Positions 44,644-54,084 of a stretch of DNA of 64,000 nucleotides are shown here, piece after piece. The DNA is from an uncultured Microthrixaceae bacterium (GTDB lineage: Bacteria > Actinomycetota > Acidimicrobiia > Acidimicrobiales > DATDAH01). The stretch is from NCBI GenBank assembly GCA_963823495.1, contig CAWGLV010000001.1, positions 1,452,886-1,516,885 of the forward strand, in the 5' to 3' direction. The stretch's first letter is position 1. Every line of letters begins with the position of its first letter. A program made the translations under genes and the position numbers. The notes below the pieces were generated by a model. The model did not search any database. It was given only the letters and a program-made list of their open reading frames with translations, and had not been told where the DNA came from.

Positions 44644-45698
44644 TGAGGGATGTGGCCATCGTCGGCACGGCGCAGTCGGTGCACGCGCGGCGGATCGACG
44701 ACCGCAACGAGGTCGAGATGCTCATGCCCGTGCTGCAGGCGCTGAAGGACGGCCTCGGGGTGACCCAGGCCGACCTGGACTTCACCTGTTCGGGCAGCAC
44801 CGACTACCTGGCGGGTCAACCCTTCAGCTTCGTCGGGACCCTCGACGGGGTCGGGCCCTACCCGCCGATCAGTGAGTCCCACGTCGAGGCCGACGGGGCC
44901 TGGGCCCTCTATGAGGCCTGGGTGAAGATCCAGACCGGGGTCGCGGACACCGCCCTGGTCTACAGCTACGGCAAGTCCTCCCCCGGTGACCTGCCCCGGG
45001 TCCTGAGTCGTCAGCTCGACCCCTACTACTACGGCCCCCTCTGGCCCGACTCGGTCAGCCTCGCCGCCCTGCAGGCGCGGGCCCTTCTCGACTCGGGCAA
45101 GGCCACCGAGCGGGACCTCGCCGAGATCGCCGTCCGCTCCCGGGCCGCGGCCAAGGACAACCCCAACGCCACGCTGAGCGGCGACTTCGACGTCGACGCC
45201 ATCCTGGCCGAGGCGCCCCTGGTCGCCCCGCTGCGCAAGCACGACTGCCCGCCGATCAGCGACGGCGCCGTCGCCGTGGTGCTCGCCGCGGAGGACCGGG
45301 CCCGGGAGCTGAGCGAGAGCCCGGCCTGGATCCGCGGCCTCGAGCACCGCATCGATGTGCATTCCCTGGGCCTGCGGGACCTCACCGACTCGCCGTCCAC
45401 CCGATTGGCCGTGGCGGCCGCCGGAGTGCACGACGGCCCGGTCGACATGGCCGAGCTCCACGCCCCCTTCACCAGCCAGGAGGTCATCCTGCGGGAGGCG
45501 ATCGGGCTGGGCGACGACGTCACGATCAACCCCTCGGGTGGGGCCCTGGCGGCCAACACGATGATGGCGGCCGGCCTGGTCCGCATCGTCGAGCTGGCCA
45601 ACCGGATCTCGGCCGGCACGGCAGGACGGGGGGTGGCCCACGCCACCTCCGGGCACTGCCTGCAACAGAACCTGATCTGTGTACTGGAGGCGAACTGA
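44643..45698 (+). CDS. thiolase-like / lipid-transfer (SCP-x type) protein
   Basis: 351 aa; MRDVAIVGTAQS.. thiolase-fold N-terminus. TGATG overlaps with both neighbours. Confidence 0.75.
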   Translation: MRDVAIVGTAQSVHARRIDDRNEVEMLMPVLQALKDGLGVTQADLDFTCSGSTDYLAGQPFSFVGTLDGVGPYPPISESHVEADGAWALYEAWVKIQTGVADTALVYSYGKSSPGDLPRVLSRQLDPYYYGPLWPDSVSLAALQARALLDSGKATERDLAEIAVRSRAAAKDNPNATLSGDFDVDAILAEAPLVAPLRKHDCPPISDGAVAVVLAAEDRARELSESPAWIRGLEHRIDVHSLGLRDLTDSPSTRLAVAAAGVHDGPVDMAELHAPFTSQEVILREAIGLGDDVTINPSGGALAANTMMAAGLVRIVELANRISAGTAGRGVAHATSGHCLQQNLICVLEAN

Positions 45699-46855
45699 TG
45701 GGCGCCGAGCGCGTAGCCGTCGTGGGGTGCGGACAGACCCGGCACCAGGCGACCCGGGGCGACGTCTCCATCGCCGGCCTGGTCCGGGAGGCGGCCATGC
45801 GGGCTCTGGAGGACGCGGGCATGACCTGGTCCGACATCGACGCCGTGGTCGTGGGCAAGGCCCCCGACTTCTTCGAGGGCCTGATGATGCCCGAGCTGTA
45901 CCTGGCCGAGGCGCTGGGCGCCGTGGGCAAGCCGATGCTGCGGGTCCACACCGCCGGTTCGGTCGGTGGCTCCACGGCCATCGTGGCCAGCAGCCTGGTC
46001 GCCTCGGGGGTCCACAGGCGGGTCCTGACGGTGGCCTTCGAGAAGCAGTCCGAGTCCGAGGCCATGTGGGCCCTGTCCCTGCCCGTGCCCTTCTCCCCGA
46101 AGCTGGTGGCCGGCGCCGGCGGCTTCTTCGCTCCTCACATCCGGGCCTACATGCGCCGGTCGGGGGCGCCCGACGACATCGGGATCCTCGTCGCGCTGAA
46201 GGACCGGCTGAACGCCTGCAAGAACCCGTTCGCCCACCTGCATCAGCCGGAGATCACCTATGAGTCCATCCGGGACTCGATGATGCTGTGGGACCCGATC
46301 CGCTACGACGAGACCTGCCCCTCCTCTGACGGGGCCTTCGCCATGGTCCTGGCCGACGAGGACACCGGGGACGCCAGCCCCAACCCGGCCTGGATCCACG
46401 GCTCGTCCCTGCGGTCGGAGGCGACCATGGCGGCCGGCCGGGACCACGTGAGCCCCCAGGCCGGCCTGGACTGCGCGGCGGACCTCTACCGGCAGGCCGG
46501 CATCACCGACCCCCGCGAGCAGATCGACGTGGCCGAGATCTACGTGCCGTTCTCGTGGTACGAGCCGATGTGGCTGGAGAACCTGGGCTTCGCCGAGCCG
46601 GGCGAGGGGTGGAAGTTGACCGAGTCCGGCGCCACCGCCATGGACGGTGACATCCCCTGGAACTGCTCGGGTGGCGTGTTGTCGACCAACCCCATCGGCG
46701 CCTCGGGGATGATCCGATTCGGGGAGGCGGCGATGCAGGTGCGGGGGATGTGCGGCGACCACCAGGTGGACGGCGCCCGCACCGCGATGGGACAGGCGTA
46801 CGGTGGCGGGGCCCAGTTCTTCGCCATGTGGATCGTGGGCCGCGAGAAGCCCTGA
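45698..46855 (+). CDS. thiolase domain-containing protein (nonspecific lipid-transfer-type)
   Basis: 385 aa: ..VAVVGCGQTRH.. ..DETCPSSDGAFAMVLA.. ..NCSGGVLSTNPIGASGM.. thiolase C-terminal motifs. Confidence 0.8.
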   Translation: MGAERVAVVGCGQTRHQATRGDVSIAGLVREAAMRALEDAGMTWSDIDAVVVGKAPDFFEGLMMPELYLAEALGAVGKPMLRVHTAGSVGGSTAIVASSLVASGVHRRVLTVAFEKQSESEAMWALSLPVPFSPKLVAGAGGFFAPHIRAYMRRSGAPDDIGILVALKDRLNACKNPFAHLHQPEITYESIRDSMMLWDPIRYDETCPSSDGAFAMVLADEDTGDASPNPAWIHGSSLRSEATMAAGRDHVSPQAGLDCAADLYRQAGITDPREQIDVAEIYVPFSWYEPMWLENLGFAEPGEGWKLTESGATAMDGDIPWNCSGGVLSTNPIGASGMIRFGEAAMQVRGMCGDHQVDGARTAMGQAYGGGAQFFAMWIVGREKP

Positions 46856-46870
46856 GCTGAGGAGAGCGTC

Positions 46871-47653
46871 GTGAGCACCCCTGCAGGGTGGTACCCAGAC
46901 CCCACCAACCGCCACCAGAACCGGTGGTTCGACGGCGACGACTGGACCGACCAGGTCGCCGACGGCCAGGCCGTCGGCGTGGACCCGGTCCACGGCGCCG
47001 GGACCCCGGACGTGGCGACCACCCAGGCCGTCCCCACCGCCCAGCCGGCTCCGCCGCCGGGTGCGCCGGGTGCGCCGGGTGCGGCGCCGGCCGCCCCTCC
47101 CGGCCCGGGCGCGGGGACACCGACTCCCGGAGCGCCACTCGGCGGCTACACGGCCCCGGACACGGGTACCGGGGGCGGCAACCGGACGCTGCTCATCGTC
47201 GGTGCCGTCGTCGTGGCGGTCGCGGTGGTGCTGGGCCTGGTGGTGGCCCTCGGCGGCGGTGACGACAGCGGTGACACCGCCGGCAGCGACTCGGTGGACC
47301 AGAGCGACGCGCCGGAGGAGACGACGCCCGAGGATCCGTCGGTCTCGGACCTCTTCGACGACATGGCCGATTCGGCGGACCAGGGCGGCGGCGATGTCTT
47401 CGGCAGCGGCGACGAGCCCGCGGACACCCCTGCGGACACCACGGCCGACGGCGGCTACCCGCCCGAGGTGATCGCCAACTTCACGAGCTCCTGCACCGGC
47501 GCCGGCAGCCCGGCTTCCTTCTGCGGCTGTGTGATCGACGAGCTCCAGGCGAACGTGTCCTATGACCGGTTCATCGAGATCGACCAGCAGCTGGCCGAGA
47601 ACCCCGGCGCCCTCCCCAGCGAGCTGACCGACGCCGCGGCCGCCTGTCAGTGA
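46871..47653 (+). CDS. DUF2510 domain-containing membrane protein
   Basis: N-terminal PAGWYPDPTNRHQNRWFDGDDWTDQV (DUF2510), a Pro/Ala-rich linker, a TM segment (LLIVGAVVVAVAVVLGLVVAL), then an acidic region and a Cys-containing C-terminal domain. Confidence 0.75.
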   Translation: MSTPAGWYPDPTNRHQNRWFDGDDWTDQVADGQAVGVDPVHGAGTPDVATTQAVPTAQPAPPPGAPGAPGAAPAAPPGPGAGTPTPGAPLGGYTAPDTGTGGGNRTLLIVGAVVVAVAVVLGLVVALGGGDDSGDTAGSDSVDQSDAPEETTPEDPSVSDLFDDMADSADQGGGDVFGSGDEPADTPADTTADGGYPPEVIANFTSSCTGAGSPASFCGCVIDELQANVSYDRFIEIDQQLAENPGALPSELTDAAAACQ

Positions 47654-47706
47654 CCGGCAGGTCCGCGTCGTGCTGACCGCGCCTCCGGCTGTGTCAGGCT
47701 GAGCCC

Positions 47707-48171
47707 ATGGCCCACCCGAGAGCCGAGATCGTGGCGGCGGTCGATCGGTACCTGCAGATCCGCTCCGCCGCCGAGGAGGGGCGGGGCGGCTGGGACGGTC
47801 TCGACGAGATGTTCACCGACGACGCCACGTTCATCGATCCCGCCTGGGGTCGGGTCACGGGCATCGAGAACCTCCGGGAGTTCTGGCGGGAGAGCATGGC
47901 CGGACTCGACGACTGGCGGTTCCCCCACGAGTGGTCGTCGATCGAGGGTGACCGGGTCGTGCTCAAGTGGTGGAACCGGCTGCCCGGCCGCCGCGAGGAC
48001 GGCTCGTACTACGAGGTCCCGGGCGTGTCGCTGATGACCTACGCCGGCAACGGCAAGTTCTCCTACGAGGAGGACATCATGAACATGGCCCACCTCCTGG
48101 AGGTCATCACCGAGAGCGGCTACGAGTTCCCGGCGAACGGCAACCCGCCGCCCCGGAACCCGCCGAGGTGA
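47707..48171 (+). CDS. NTF2-like (SnoaL-like) domain protein
   Basis: ..MFTDDATFIDPAWGRVTGIENLREFW.. ..VVLKWWNRL.. pattern. 154 aa. Confidence 0.7.
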   Translation: MAHPRAEIVAAVDRYLQIRSAAEEGRGGWDGLDEMFTDDATFIDPAWGRVTGIENLREFWRESMAGLDDWRFPHEWSSIEGDRVVLKWWNRLPGRREDGSYYEVPGVSLMTYAGNGKFSYEEDIMNMAHLLEVITESGYEFPANGNPPPRNPPR

Positions 48172-48184
48172 GGAGTCGACGGCG

Positions 48185-49090
48185 ATGACCGATCACGAGC
48201 TGGTGCCTCCCCGAACCGAGCGCACCGTCAAGGTGGCCGCCGACCGCCACCTGGGCCTGGCCGAGTTCGGCCGTCCCGACGGCCGGGTCGTGTTCTGGTT
48301 CCACGGGACCCCGGGGGCCCGGCGCCAGATCCCTCCCGCGGCCCGTCGGGCGGCCGAGGACCTCGATGTACGGCTCATCGGTGTCGAGCGGCCCGGAACC
48401 GGGAGTTCCACCGGCCACCTCTACCCCGAGATCCGGGCCTTCGCCGACGACGTGGCCGTGGTGGCCGACGAAGCCGGTGCCGACCGCTTCGGTGTCATCG
48501 GGCTGTCCGGAGGTGGGCCCTACACGTTGGCCTGTGCCCACGAGATGCCCGACCGGGTGACGGCCGCAGTGGTGCTCGGGGGCGTGGCTCCCACCGTCGG
48601 CGAGGATGCCGCGGACGGGGGTGTGGTGGACCTCACCCGCCTGCTGCGCCAGCCGTTGACCCTGTTCCGTCAGCCCCTCGGCCTGGGCGTGACCATGTTC
48701 GCTCGAGTGCTGCGGCCCCTCGGTCACCAGAGCTTCGTCCTCTACTCCCGGGTGTCGCCGCCGGGGGATCGGGAGGCCTTCGCCGTTCCCGGCATGGAGG
48801 AGATGTTCCTCGACGATCTCATGCGGGCCGCCGGGTCCGGCGGGATCCATGCCGTCACGGCCGATCTCGCCCTGTTCGGACGGCACTGGGGGTTCTCGGT
48901 CGCCGACATCGGCGTGCCGGTGCGCTTCTGGCACGGCGACGCCGACAACATCGTGCCCCTGCACCACGCCGAGGCGCTGGCGGCCCGGATGCCCGACGCC
49001 GAGCTCCACGTTCGTCCGGGGGAGAGCCACATCGGGACCCTGGTGGTCGGTGACGAGGCCGTCAGGACCGTGCTCGACCTGTGGGACTGA
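48185..49090 (+). CDS. alpha/beta hydrolase
   Basis: ..VFWFHGTPGAR.. and the nucleophile elbow ..VIGLSGGGPY.. ..FWHGDADNIVP.. ..GESHIG catalytic His region. Confidence 0.8.
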   Translation: MTDHELVPPRTERTVKVAADRHLGLAEFGRPDGRVVFWFHGTPGARRQIPPAARRAAEDLDVRLIGVERPGTGSSTGHLYPEIRAFADDVAVVADEAGADRFGVIGLSGGGPYTLACAHEMPDRVTAAVVLGGVAPTVGEDAADGGVVDLTRLLRQPLTLFRQPLGLGVTMFARVLRPLGHQSFVLYSRVSPPGDREAFAVPGMEEMFLDDLMRAAGSGGIHAVTADLALFGRHWGFSVADIGVPVRFWHGDADNIVPLHHAEALAARMPDAELHVRPGESHIGTLVVGDEAVRTVLDLWD

Positions 49091-49135
49091 GCCGGTGACC
49101 GACCCGGCCGGGCCGGCCTGGTACCGCCGCCCCGC

Positions 49136-49492
49136 GTGCTCACGGTGCTCGCCCTGCTCCTGCTGCTGGCCGGGGTGGGACTGGGCCTGGCTCTCGCCGG
49201 CGGCGGCCAGGACGATGCCGTGGTGGTCGACACCGTGGACGAGAGCGTCGTCCCCCCGCCTCCCTCCAGCACGACGGCGGTGCCGACCACGGTCGTCACC
49301 ACGACCTCGGTGTCACCGTCGGTCCGGTGCGAGGGCGGTGACCAGCCGGCCTGTGACCAGCTCGACGACGACCGGCTCGCCGCCTTCTGTGAGGACGGCA
49401 ACCTGGACGCCTGCCAGGTCCTGCTGGCCCGCCAGGGCGACGGCGAGCCCGACGGTCCCGACGGCGAGAGCGGGGAGGGTGGCGACGACTGA
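49136..49492 (+). CDS. membrane-anchored hypothetical protein (118 aa)
   Basis: TM segment LTVLALLLLLAGVGLGLALAG, a Thr/Val/Pro-rich linker, a 4-Cys module (C..C....C..C) and an acidic tail. GTG start. Confidence 0.5.
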   Translation: MLTVLALLLLLAGVGLGLALAGGGQDDAVVVDTVDESVVPPPPSSTTAVPTTVVTTTSVSPSVRCEGGDQPACDQLDDDRLAAFCEDGNLDACQVLLARQGDGEPDGPDGESGEGGDD

Positions 49493-49661
49493 CCTCGCGC
49501 CCGGGCGAGATGACCCGGTGAGGTGGAAGCGCCGGGACGAGAGCCGTCGGTGGCGTCCGGCGCCGCCGCAGGGCATGGCGCTCCCCGCTCGGCGCTCGTC
49601 GGGCCCGGCCGGAGTCGGCCCCGCCGGGTCGACGGGACTGCTCGGACGCGGCTGACGACCT

Positions 49662-50450
49662 CTACAGGTCCGGGAGGCCCAAGGCGAGGTTGGGAGCCTC
49701 GAGGCCGCCGTCGACCTCGACGACCTTGCCGGTGACCCAGGCCCCCGCGGGGGAGGCCAGCCAGAGCGCAGCGGCGGCGATGTCGCTGGGGTCCCCGAGG
49801 CGCCGAAGAGGCGTCCGGGTGACCATCTCGTCGTGGATCTCGTCGCTGTCCAGGACGACCTGGAGGGCGGAGGTGGCGACCGAGCCGACGGCGATCCCGT
49901 TGACCCGGACCCGGGGGGCCAGGTCGGCCGCCAGCAGGCGGGTGAGGTGGGTCAGGGCGCCCTTGGCCGTGCCGTAGGCGGCGAAGCCCCGGTCCGACAT
50001 CCGGCCGATGGCCGAGGAGATGTTCACCACCGACGCCCCCTCGCGACCGAGCATGTGGGGAACCGCGAGCTGGGTCAGACGGAACGCGGTCGTGACGTTG
50101 AAGTGGAACGCCTTCTCGAAGGCCCGCACGCTGGTGTCCAGGAAGGCGTTGGGCATCGAGCCGCCGGCGTTGTTGACGACCACGTCGACCCCCCCGAAGG
50201 CCTCGACGGTCCGGTCCACCACGCCGTCGAGCCCGTCGAGCTCACTGACGTCGCACGGGATCACGAGGGCCTCCCCGCCCGAGGCGCGGACATCGGCCGC
50301 CACCTCCTCGAGCTGGCTCGCGGTCCGTGCCGCGAGCACGACATCGGCGCCGACCTCGGCGTAGGCGCGGGCGATGGCGGCACCGATGCCGCGTCCGGCA
50401 CCGGTCACGATGACGACCTTGTCGTCGAGTCGGAAGCGATCGAGGATCAT
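49662..50450 (-). CDS. SDR family oxidoreductase (FabG-like)
   Basis: VTGAGRGIGAAIA cofactor motif, NNAG, and Y..TAKGAL (YxxxK) catalytic motif. Confidence 0.9.
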   Translation of the reverse strand: MILDRFRLDDKVVIVTGAGRGIGAAIARAYAEVGADVVLAARTASQLEEVAADVRASGGEALVIPCDVSELDGLDGVVDRTVEAFGGVDVVVNNAGGSMPNAFLDTSVRAFEKAFHFNVTTAFRLTQLAVPHMLGREGASVVNISSAIGRMSDRGFAAYGTAKGALTHLTRLLAADLAPRVRVNGIAVGSVATSALQVVLDSDEIHDEMVTRTPLRRLGDPSDIAAAALWLASPAGAWVTGKVVEVDGGLEAPNLALGLPDL

Positions 50451-50487
50451 TTCGACACTGTGTCATGCCGATAGGCAACCCGTGCCC

Positions 50488-50652
50488 ATGGCCGGCGGTG
50501 CTGAGGAATACGAGAAGATGGCGCTCGCCTCCATGCGACGCGCCTCAGAATCCGGTGGTGACCCAAGGTTCCACCACGCGCGCGCCCAGATCTTCGCCAC
50601 GCTGGCGATGGCCGCCGCGGCCGAGTCGGCGAAGCGTCCCGACGACGAGTGA
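50488..50652 (+). CDS. small hypothetical protein (54 aa)
   Basis: ATG ORF whose TGA overlaps the GTG start of the SGNH hydrolase (GTGA), suggesting translational coupling. No motif recognised. Confidence 0.35.
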   Translation: MAGGAEEYEKMALASMRRASESGGDPRFHHARAQIFATLAMAAAAESAKRPDDE

Positions 50653-51353
50653 CCCGCGTCGCGGGCCTGGTGGTGCTGGCCCTCCTCGCCGGCGGGGTGG
50701 CTGTCGGTGAGGCCCTGACCCCCCCGACCGAGCACGTGCTCCTCGTGGGCGATTCGATCCTGCGCCAGACCGGCCCGGCGCTGACCCGCCAGCTGGGCGA
50801 CGACCACACCGTGCACAACGAAGGGGTCAACGGCTCGGGCCTGCTGACCCCCGCGGTCTTCGACTGGCCCGAGGAGATGGAAGAGGACCTCTGGCGCACC
50901 GATCCCGACGTCGTGGTCATGTTGTTCATCGGCAACTACACCGATGACCCCGCCCAGTACTGGACGACGCCTCGCGGGGTCGCCGTCAGCGACGTGGGCG
51001 CCCCCGCTTTCGCCCGGGAGTGGGGCCGACAGGTGGATGCCGCGATGGCGGCCATCGCCGAGACCGGCGCCCGTGTCGTCCTGGTGCTCCCACCACCGAT
51101 GGCCACCGACCACCTGCAAGCCGTGGTCGACGCTCTGCGCGCCGAGTACGAGCGGGTGGCGGAGGACGGGGACGTCGTCGCCCTGGCCGACGCCACCGAG
51201 GCGGTGGGCGGTGAGAACGGCGAGTGGGTGGCCGCGCTCCCGGCCGGCGACGGCACCGTCCGGCCCGTCCGGGTCCCCGACGCCGTTCATCTCGCCGCGC
51301 ACGGCCAACGCCTGGTCGCCCGGGAGATCGCCCACGCGGTGCGGCGCGGCTGA
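50649..51353 (+). CDS. secreted SGNH/GDSL-type hydrolase
   Basis: Signal-like N-terminus (VAGLVVLALLAGGVAVG), LLVGDSILRQTG block I, and a C-terminal ..VPDAVHLAAHG (DxxH) block V. Confidence 0.7.
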   Translation: MTRVAGLVVLALLAGGVAVGEALTPPTEHVLLVGDSILRQTGPALTRQLGDDHTVHNEGVNGSGLLTPAVFDWPEEMEEDLWRTDPDVVVMLFIGNYTDDPAQYWTTPRGVAVSDVGAPAFAREWGRQVDAAMAAIAETGARVVLVLPPPMATDHLQAVVDALRAEYERVAEDGDVVALADATEAVGGENGEWVAALPAGDGTVRPVRVPDAVHLAAHGQRLVAREIAHAVRRG

Positions 51354-51396
51354 TCTCGGCCCGGGGCGCGGGTCGGCGTCCCCGTGCCGGTCTTGG

Positions 51397-51441
51397 GTGA
51401 GTTGTGGTCGTCGGGCGACCGACATGAACGAAATCCGGTGG
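51397..51441 (+). repeat. solo copy of the GGTCG-N5-CGACC hairpin repeat family
   Basis: GTGAGTTGTGGTCGTCGGGCGACCGACATGAACGAAATCCGGTGG aligns by eye over its length with 43301-47 (about two-thirds identical). It lies between the convergent SGNH and modC genes. Confidence 0.65.
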
Positions 51442-51455
51442 AGTCGGTGCTCGCG

Positions 51456-52505
51456 TCAGGCGGGGTAGACGTCGATGTCGGTGGCCTTGACGGTGGCCCA
51501 GACCTGCCCGCCGGGACCGAGGGCCAGGTCGGCCACGGCGGCCGGGGTCACCTCGGCCACCAGGGGGATCGGGCCGCCGAGGGCCACGCGGACCCGGTCG
51601 CCCACCGACTCGATGTCCTCGACCGGGGCCGGCCAGGTGTTGCGGGGGCTCCCGTCGGGACGGCTGGGGTAGAGCGCGATGGAGTGGGGAGCGAGTGTCA
51701 CCAGCACGGCGCCGGTGGCGGGGGTGGCGGTGACCAGCTCGGCCCGTCCGGGAAGGGCGACCGTGGTGCCTTCGGCTCGGCCTTCGAGCAGGTTCAGGCC
51801 CGCCAGGCGGGCGACGAAGGTCGAGCGGGGGCGGCGGGTGATCTCGGCGGGCGTGCCGGTCTGGGTGACCCGCCCGTCTTCGAGCACCACCAGGCGGTCG
51901 GTCAACGAGAGGGCGTCGACCGGGTCGTGGGACACGAGGACAGTGGCCCGTCCGGGCCGTCGCTCCTCGGTGCGCAGCAGCCGGCGGACCAGGGCGCGGC
52001 CTTCCTGGTCGAGGGCGGCCAGCGGTTCGTCGAGGAGGAGCACGTCGGGATCCCGGGCGAGACTCCGGGCGATGCCGGTCCGCTGGGCCTGGCCCCCCGA
52101 GATGTCCCGGGGCCGGGACCGGGCCTGATCGGCCACATCGAGCTTCTCCAGCCAGTCGGTGGCGACGAGGCGAGCCGCCTCCTTGGCCACCCCCTGACGA
52201 CGCAGGCCGAAGGCGACGTTGTCCCGGACATCGAGGTGGGGGAACAGCGTGGGCTCCTGGAGGACCACCCCGGTGGGGCGCCGATCGGGTGGTACGAAGA
52301 GGTCGGCCGCCGGATCGTCGACGACTCTGCCGTCGAGACGGAGCACCCCCTCGTCCAGCGGTGTCAGCCCGGAGAGGACCCGCAGCAGGGTGCTCTTGCC
52401 GGACCCGTTCTCGCCCAGGACCCCGACCACCTCGCCGGGCGCGACCTGCAGGTCCAGCTCGGCGGTGAACCCGCCCCGGGTCACCCGGCCCGCCAGGGCG
52501 ATCAC
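51456..52505 (-). CDS. modC: molybdate ABC transporter ATP-binding protein with C-terminal TOBE domain
   Basis: GENGSGKST Walker A, ISGGQAQR, LLLDEP, and a TOBE-like C-terminal part. Operon context with modA/modB. Confidence 0.85.
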   Translation of the reverse strand: MIALAGRVTRGGFTAELDLQVAPGEVVGVLGENGSGKSTLLRVLSGLTPLDEGVLRLDGRVVDDPAADLFVPPDRRPTGVVLQEPTLFPHLDVRDNVAFGLRRQGVAKEAARLVATDWLEKLDVADQARSRPRDISGGQAQRTGIARSLARDPDVLLLDEPLAALDQEGRALVRRLLRTEERRPGRATVLVSHDPVDALSLTDRLVVLEDGRVTQTGTPAEITRRPRSTFVARLAGLNLLEGRAEGTTVALPGRAELVTATPATGAVLVTLAPHSIALYPSRPDGSPRNTWPAPVEDIESVGDRVRVALGGPIPLVAEVTPAAVADLALGPGGQVWATVKATDIDVYPA

Positions 52506-53350
52506 GCCGGTCCCCCGACGAGGCGGTCCCGGAGCAGGACCAACACCACCAGCGACACCGCGAGCAGCACCACCGACAGGGCGAGGGCGGCAGCCCGGTC
52601 GGTCTGCAGGGCGGTGTAGACCGCGAGGGGGAGCGTCCGGGTCCGACCTTCCACGTTGCCCGCAAAGGTGATCGTGGCGCCGAACTCGCCGAGGGCCCGG
52701 GCGAAGGCGAGAGCGGTGCCGGCCGCCAACTGCGGGGCGAGCAGGGGGACCGTCACCCGCCAGAAGGTCACCCGGCGTCCGGCACCGAGGGTGCGGGCCG
52801 CCTCCTCGTAGCCGGGTTCGAGGGAGCGCAGGCCCGACTCGACGGTGATCACCAGGAACGGCAGAGCCACGAAGGTGGCCGCGAGGACCGCCCCGGCGGT
52901 GGTGAAGGGCAGGGTGATGCCGAACCAGTCGTCGAGGTACTGGCCGACCAGCCCCCGCCGCCCCAGGGCGAACAGCAGGGCCACACCGCCGACCACCGGG
53001 GGCAGGACCATGGGCAACAGCACCAGGGCGCGGACCAGAGCGCGGCCCCGGAAGCGGCGGCGAGCCAGCAGCCAGGCCAGCGGGACGCCGAGGACGGTGG
53101 CCAGTACCGTCGCGCTGACCGCGACGATCAGGGACAACCGGAGTGCCGCGGCGGCCTCCGGTGCGGCCAGGAGGTCACCGAGGTCGCGCCACGGCGTGCG
53201 CTGGAGCAGCCCGATCAGGGGCAGAGCCAGGAAGACGGCGGCCCCGATGCCGAGCGCGGCCAGCAGCCCGCCGGACTCGGTCCTCCGCCTGGGCATCCTG
53301 GCGCCCGTTCCGGTGGTCGTGGCCGCCGACTCGGGCCAGGAGGAGGTCAC
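52502..53350 (-). CDS. modB: molybdate ABC transporter permease
   Basis: Type-I ABC permease with the EAA-like loop ..EEAARTLGAGRRVTFWRVTVP.. 4-nt overlaps on both sides. Confidence 0.85.
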   Translation of the reverse strand: MTSSWPESAATTTGTGARMPRRRTESGGLLAALGIGAAVFLALPLIGLLQRTPWRDLGDLLAAPEAAAALRLSLIVAVSATVLATVLGVPLAWLLARRRFRGRALVRALVLLPMVLPPVVGGVALLFALGRRGLVGQYLDDWFGITLPFTTAGAVLAATFVALPFLVITVESGLRSLEPGYEEAARTLGAGRRVTFWRVTVPLLAPQLAAGTALAFARALGEFGATITFAGNVEGRTRTLPLAVYTALQTDRAAALALSVVLLAVSLVVLVLLRDRLVGGPA

Positions 53351-54084
53351 GGCCGCAGGAAGCCGGCGTCGCGGAGGATGCCCTGGCCCTCGGGGCCGGT
53401 CACGAAGGCGATGAACGCCGTGGCCGCGTCGCTGCCCTGGATCGCCACGATCGGGTACAGAGACCGGACCACGACGGGCTCGGGCAGGGGGACCGCCTCG
53501 ACGGCATCGGAGGCCAGGTCGTCGGTGGCGTAGACGACCCCGGCGTCGACCTCGTCGGCGGCCAGCTTGGTGAGGACGGCGCCGACGTTCTCCTCTTCGG
53601 AGTCGATCCGGGGGTCGATGCCGAGGGCGCGGAACAGCTCACGGGCGACCACGCCGCAGGGGACATCGGGGCCACAGACCGAGAGCAGGACCCGGTCGTC
53701 CTCGAGGTCGGTGGGGGTGGAGACGGTTTCGTTGCCCGCCGGGCGGGCCAGGACACCCGTGTTGGCGGCGAAGGTCACCGGCTCCGCGGTGACGGCCCCG
53801 GCGTCGACGGCCGTGGCCATGGTGGCCTCATCGGCCGTGGCGAGGACGGCGCCGGGCCCGCCTTCGGCCACCTGTGCGGCCAGCGTGCTGCTGGCGTCGA
53901 AGGAGGTCACCACGTCGATGTCGGGGTGGGCGTCCTCGAAGGCGTCCTCGATCTCGCTGAAGGCCCCGGTCAACGACGTGGCCCCCAGGACGAGCAACTC
54001 GGTGCGCTCCCCGCTCCCGTCGTCGGCACACGCGGTGACGGCCGGGAGGAGGGCGACGAGCACGAGGGTCGTCGCCCCCTTCAC
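53347..54084 (-). CDS. modA: molybdate ABC transporter substrate-binding protein
   Basis: Lipobox-like LLPAVTAC, then ..LLVLGATSLTGAFSEIEDAF.. ..TSFDASSTLAAQV.. ModA signature. Confidence 0.85.
   Translation of the reverse strand: MKGATTLVLVALLPAVTACADDGSGERTELLVLGATSLTGAFSEIEDAFEDAHPDIDVVTSFDASSTLAAQVAEGGPGAVLATADEATMATAVDAGAVTAEPVTFAANTGVLARPAGNETVSTPTDLEDDRVLLSVCGPDVPCGVVARELFRALGIDPRIDSEEENVGAVLTKLAADEVDAGVVYATDDLASDAVEAVPLPEPVVVRSLYPIVAIQGSDAATAFIAFVTGPEGQGILRDAGFLRP

Noticed and set aside
45029-46993. 654-aa minus-strand ORF across the thiolase genes. Similar long ORFs lie opposite valS (55968-58088), modABC (50986-52665), the acyl-CoA ligase (40662-41720) and the D-aminoacylase (39317-40630).
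   Set aside because: Their composition is Arg/Gly/Pro/His-rich with no motifs. The opposite strand encodes confidently identified proteins in each case.
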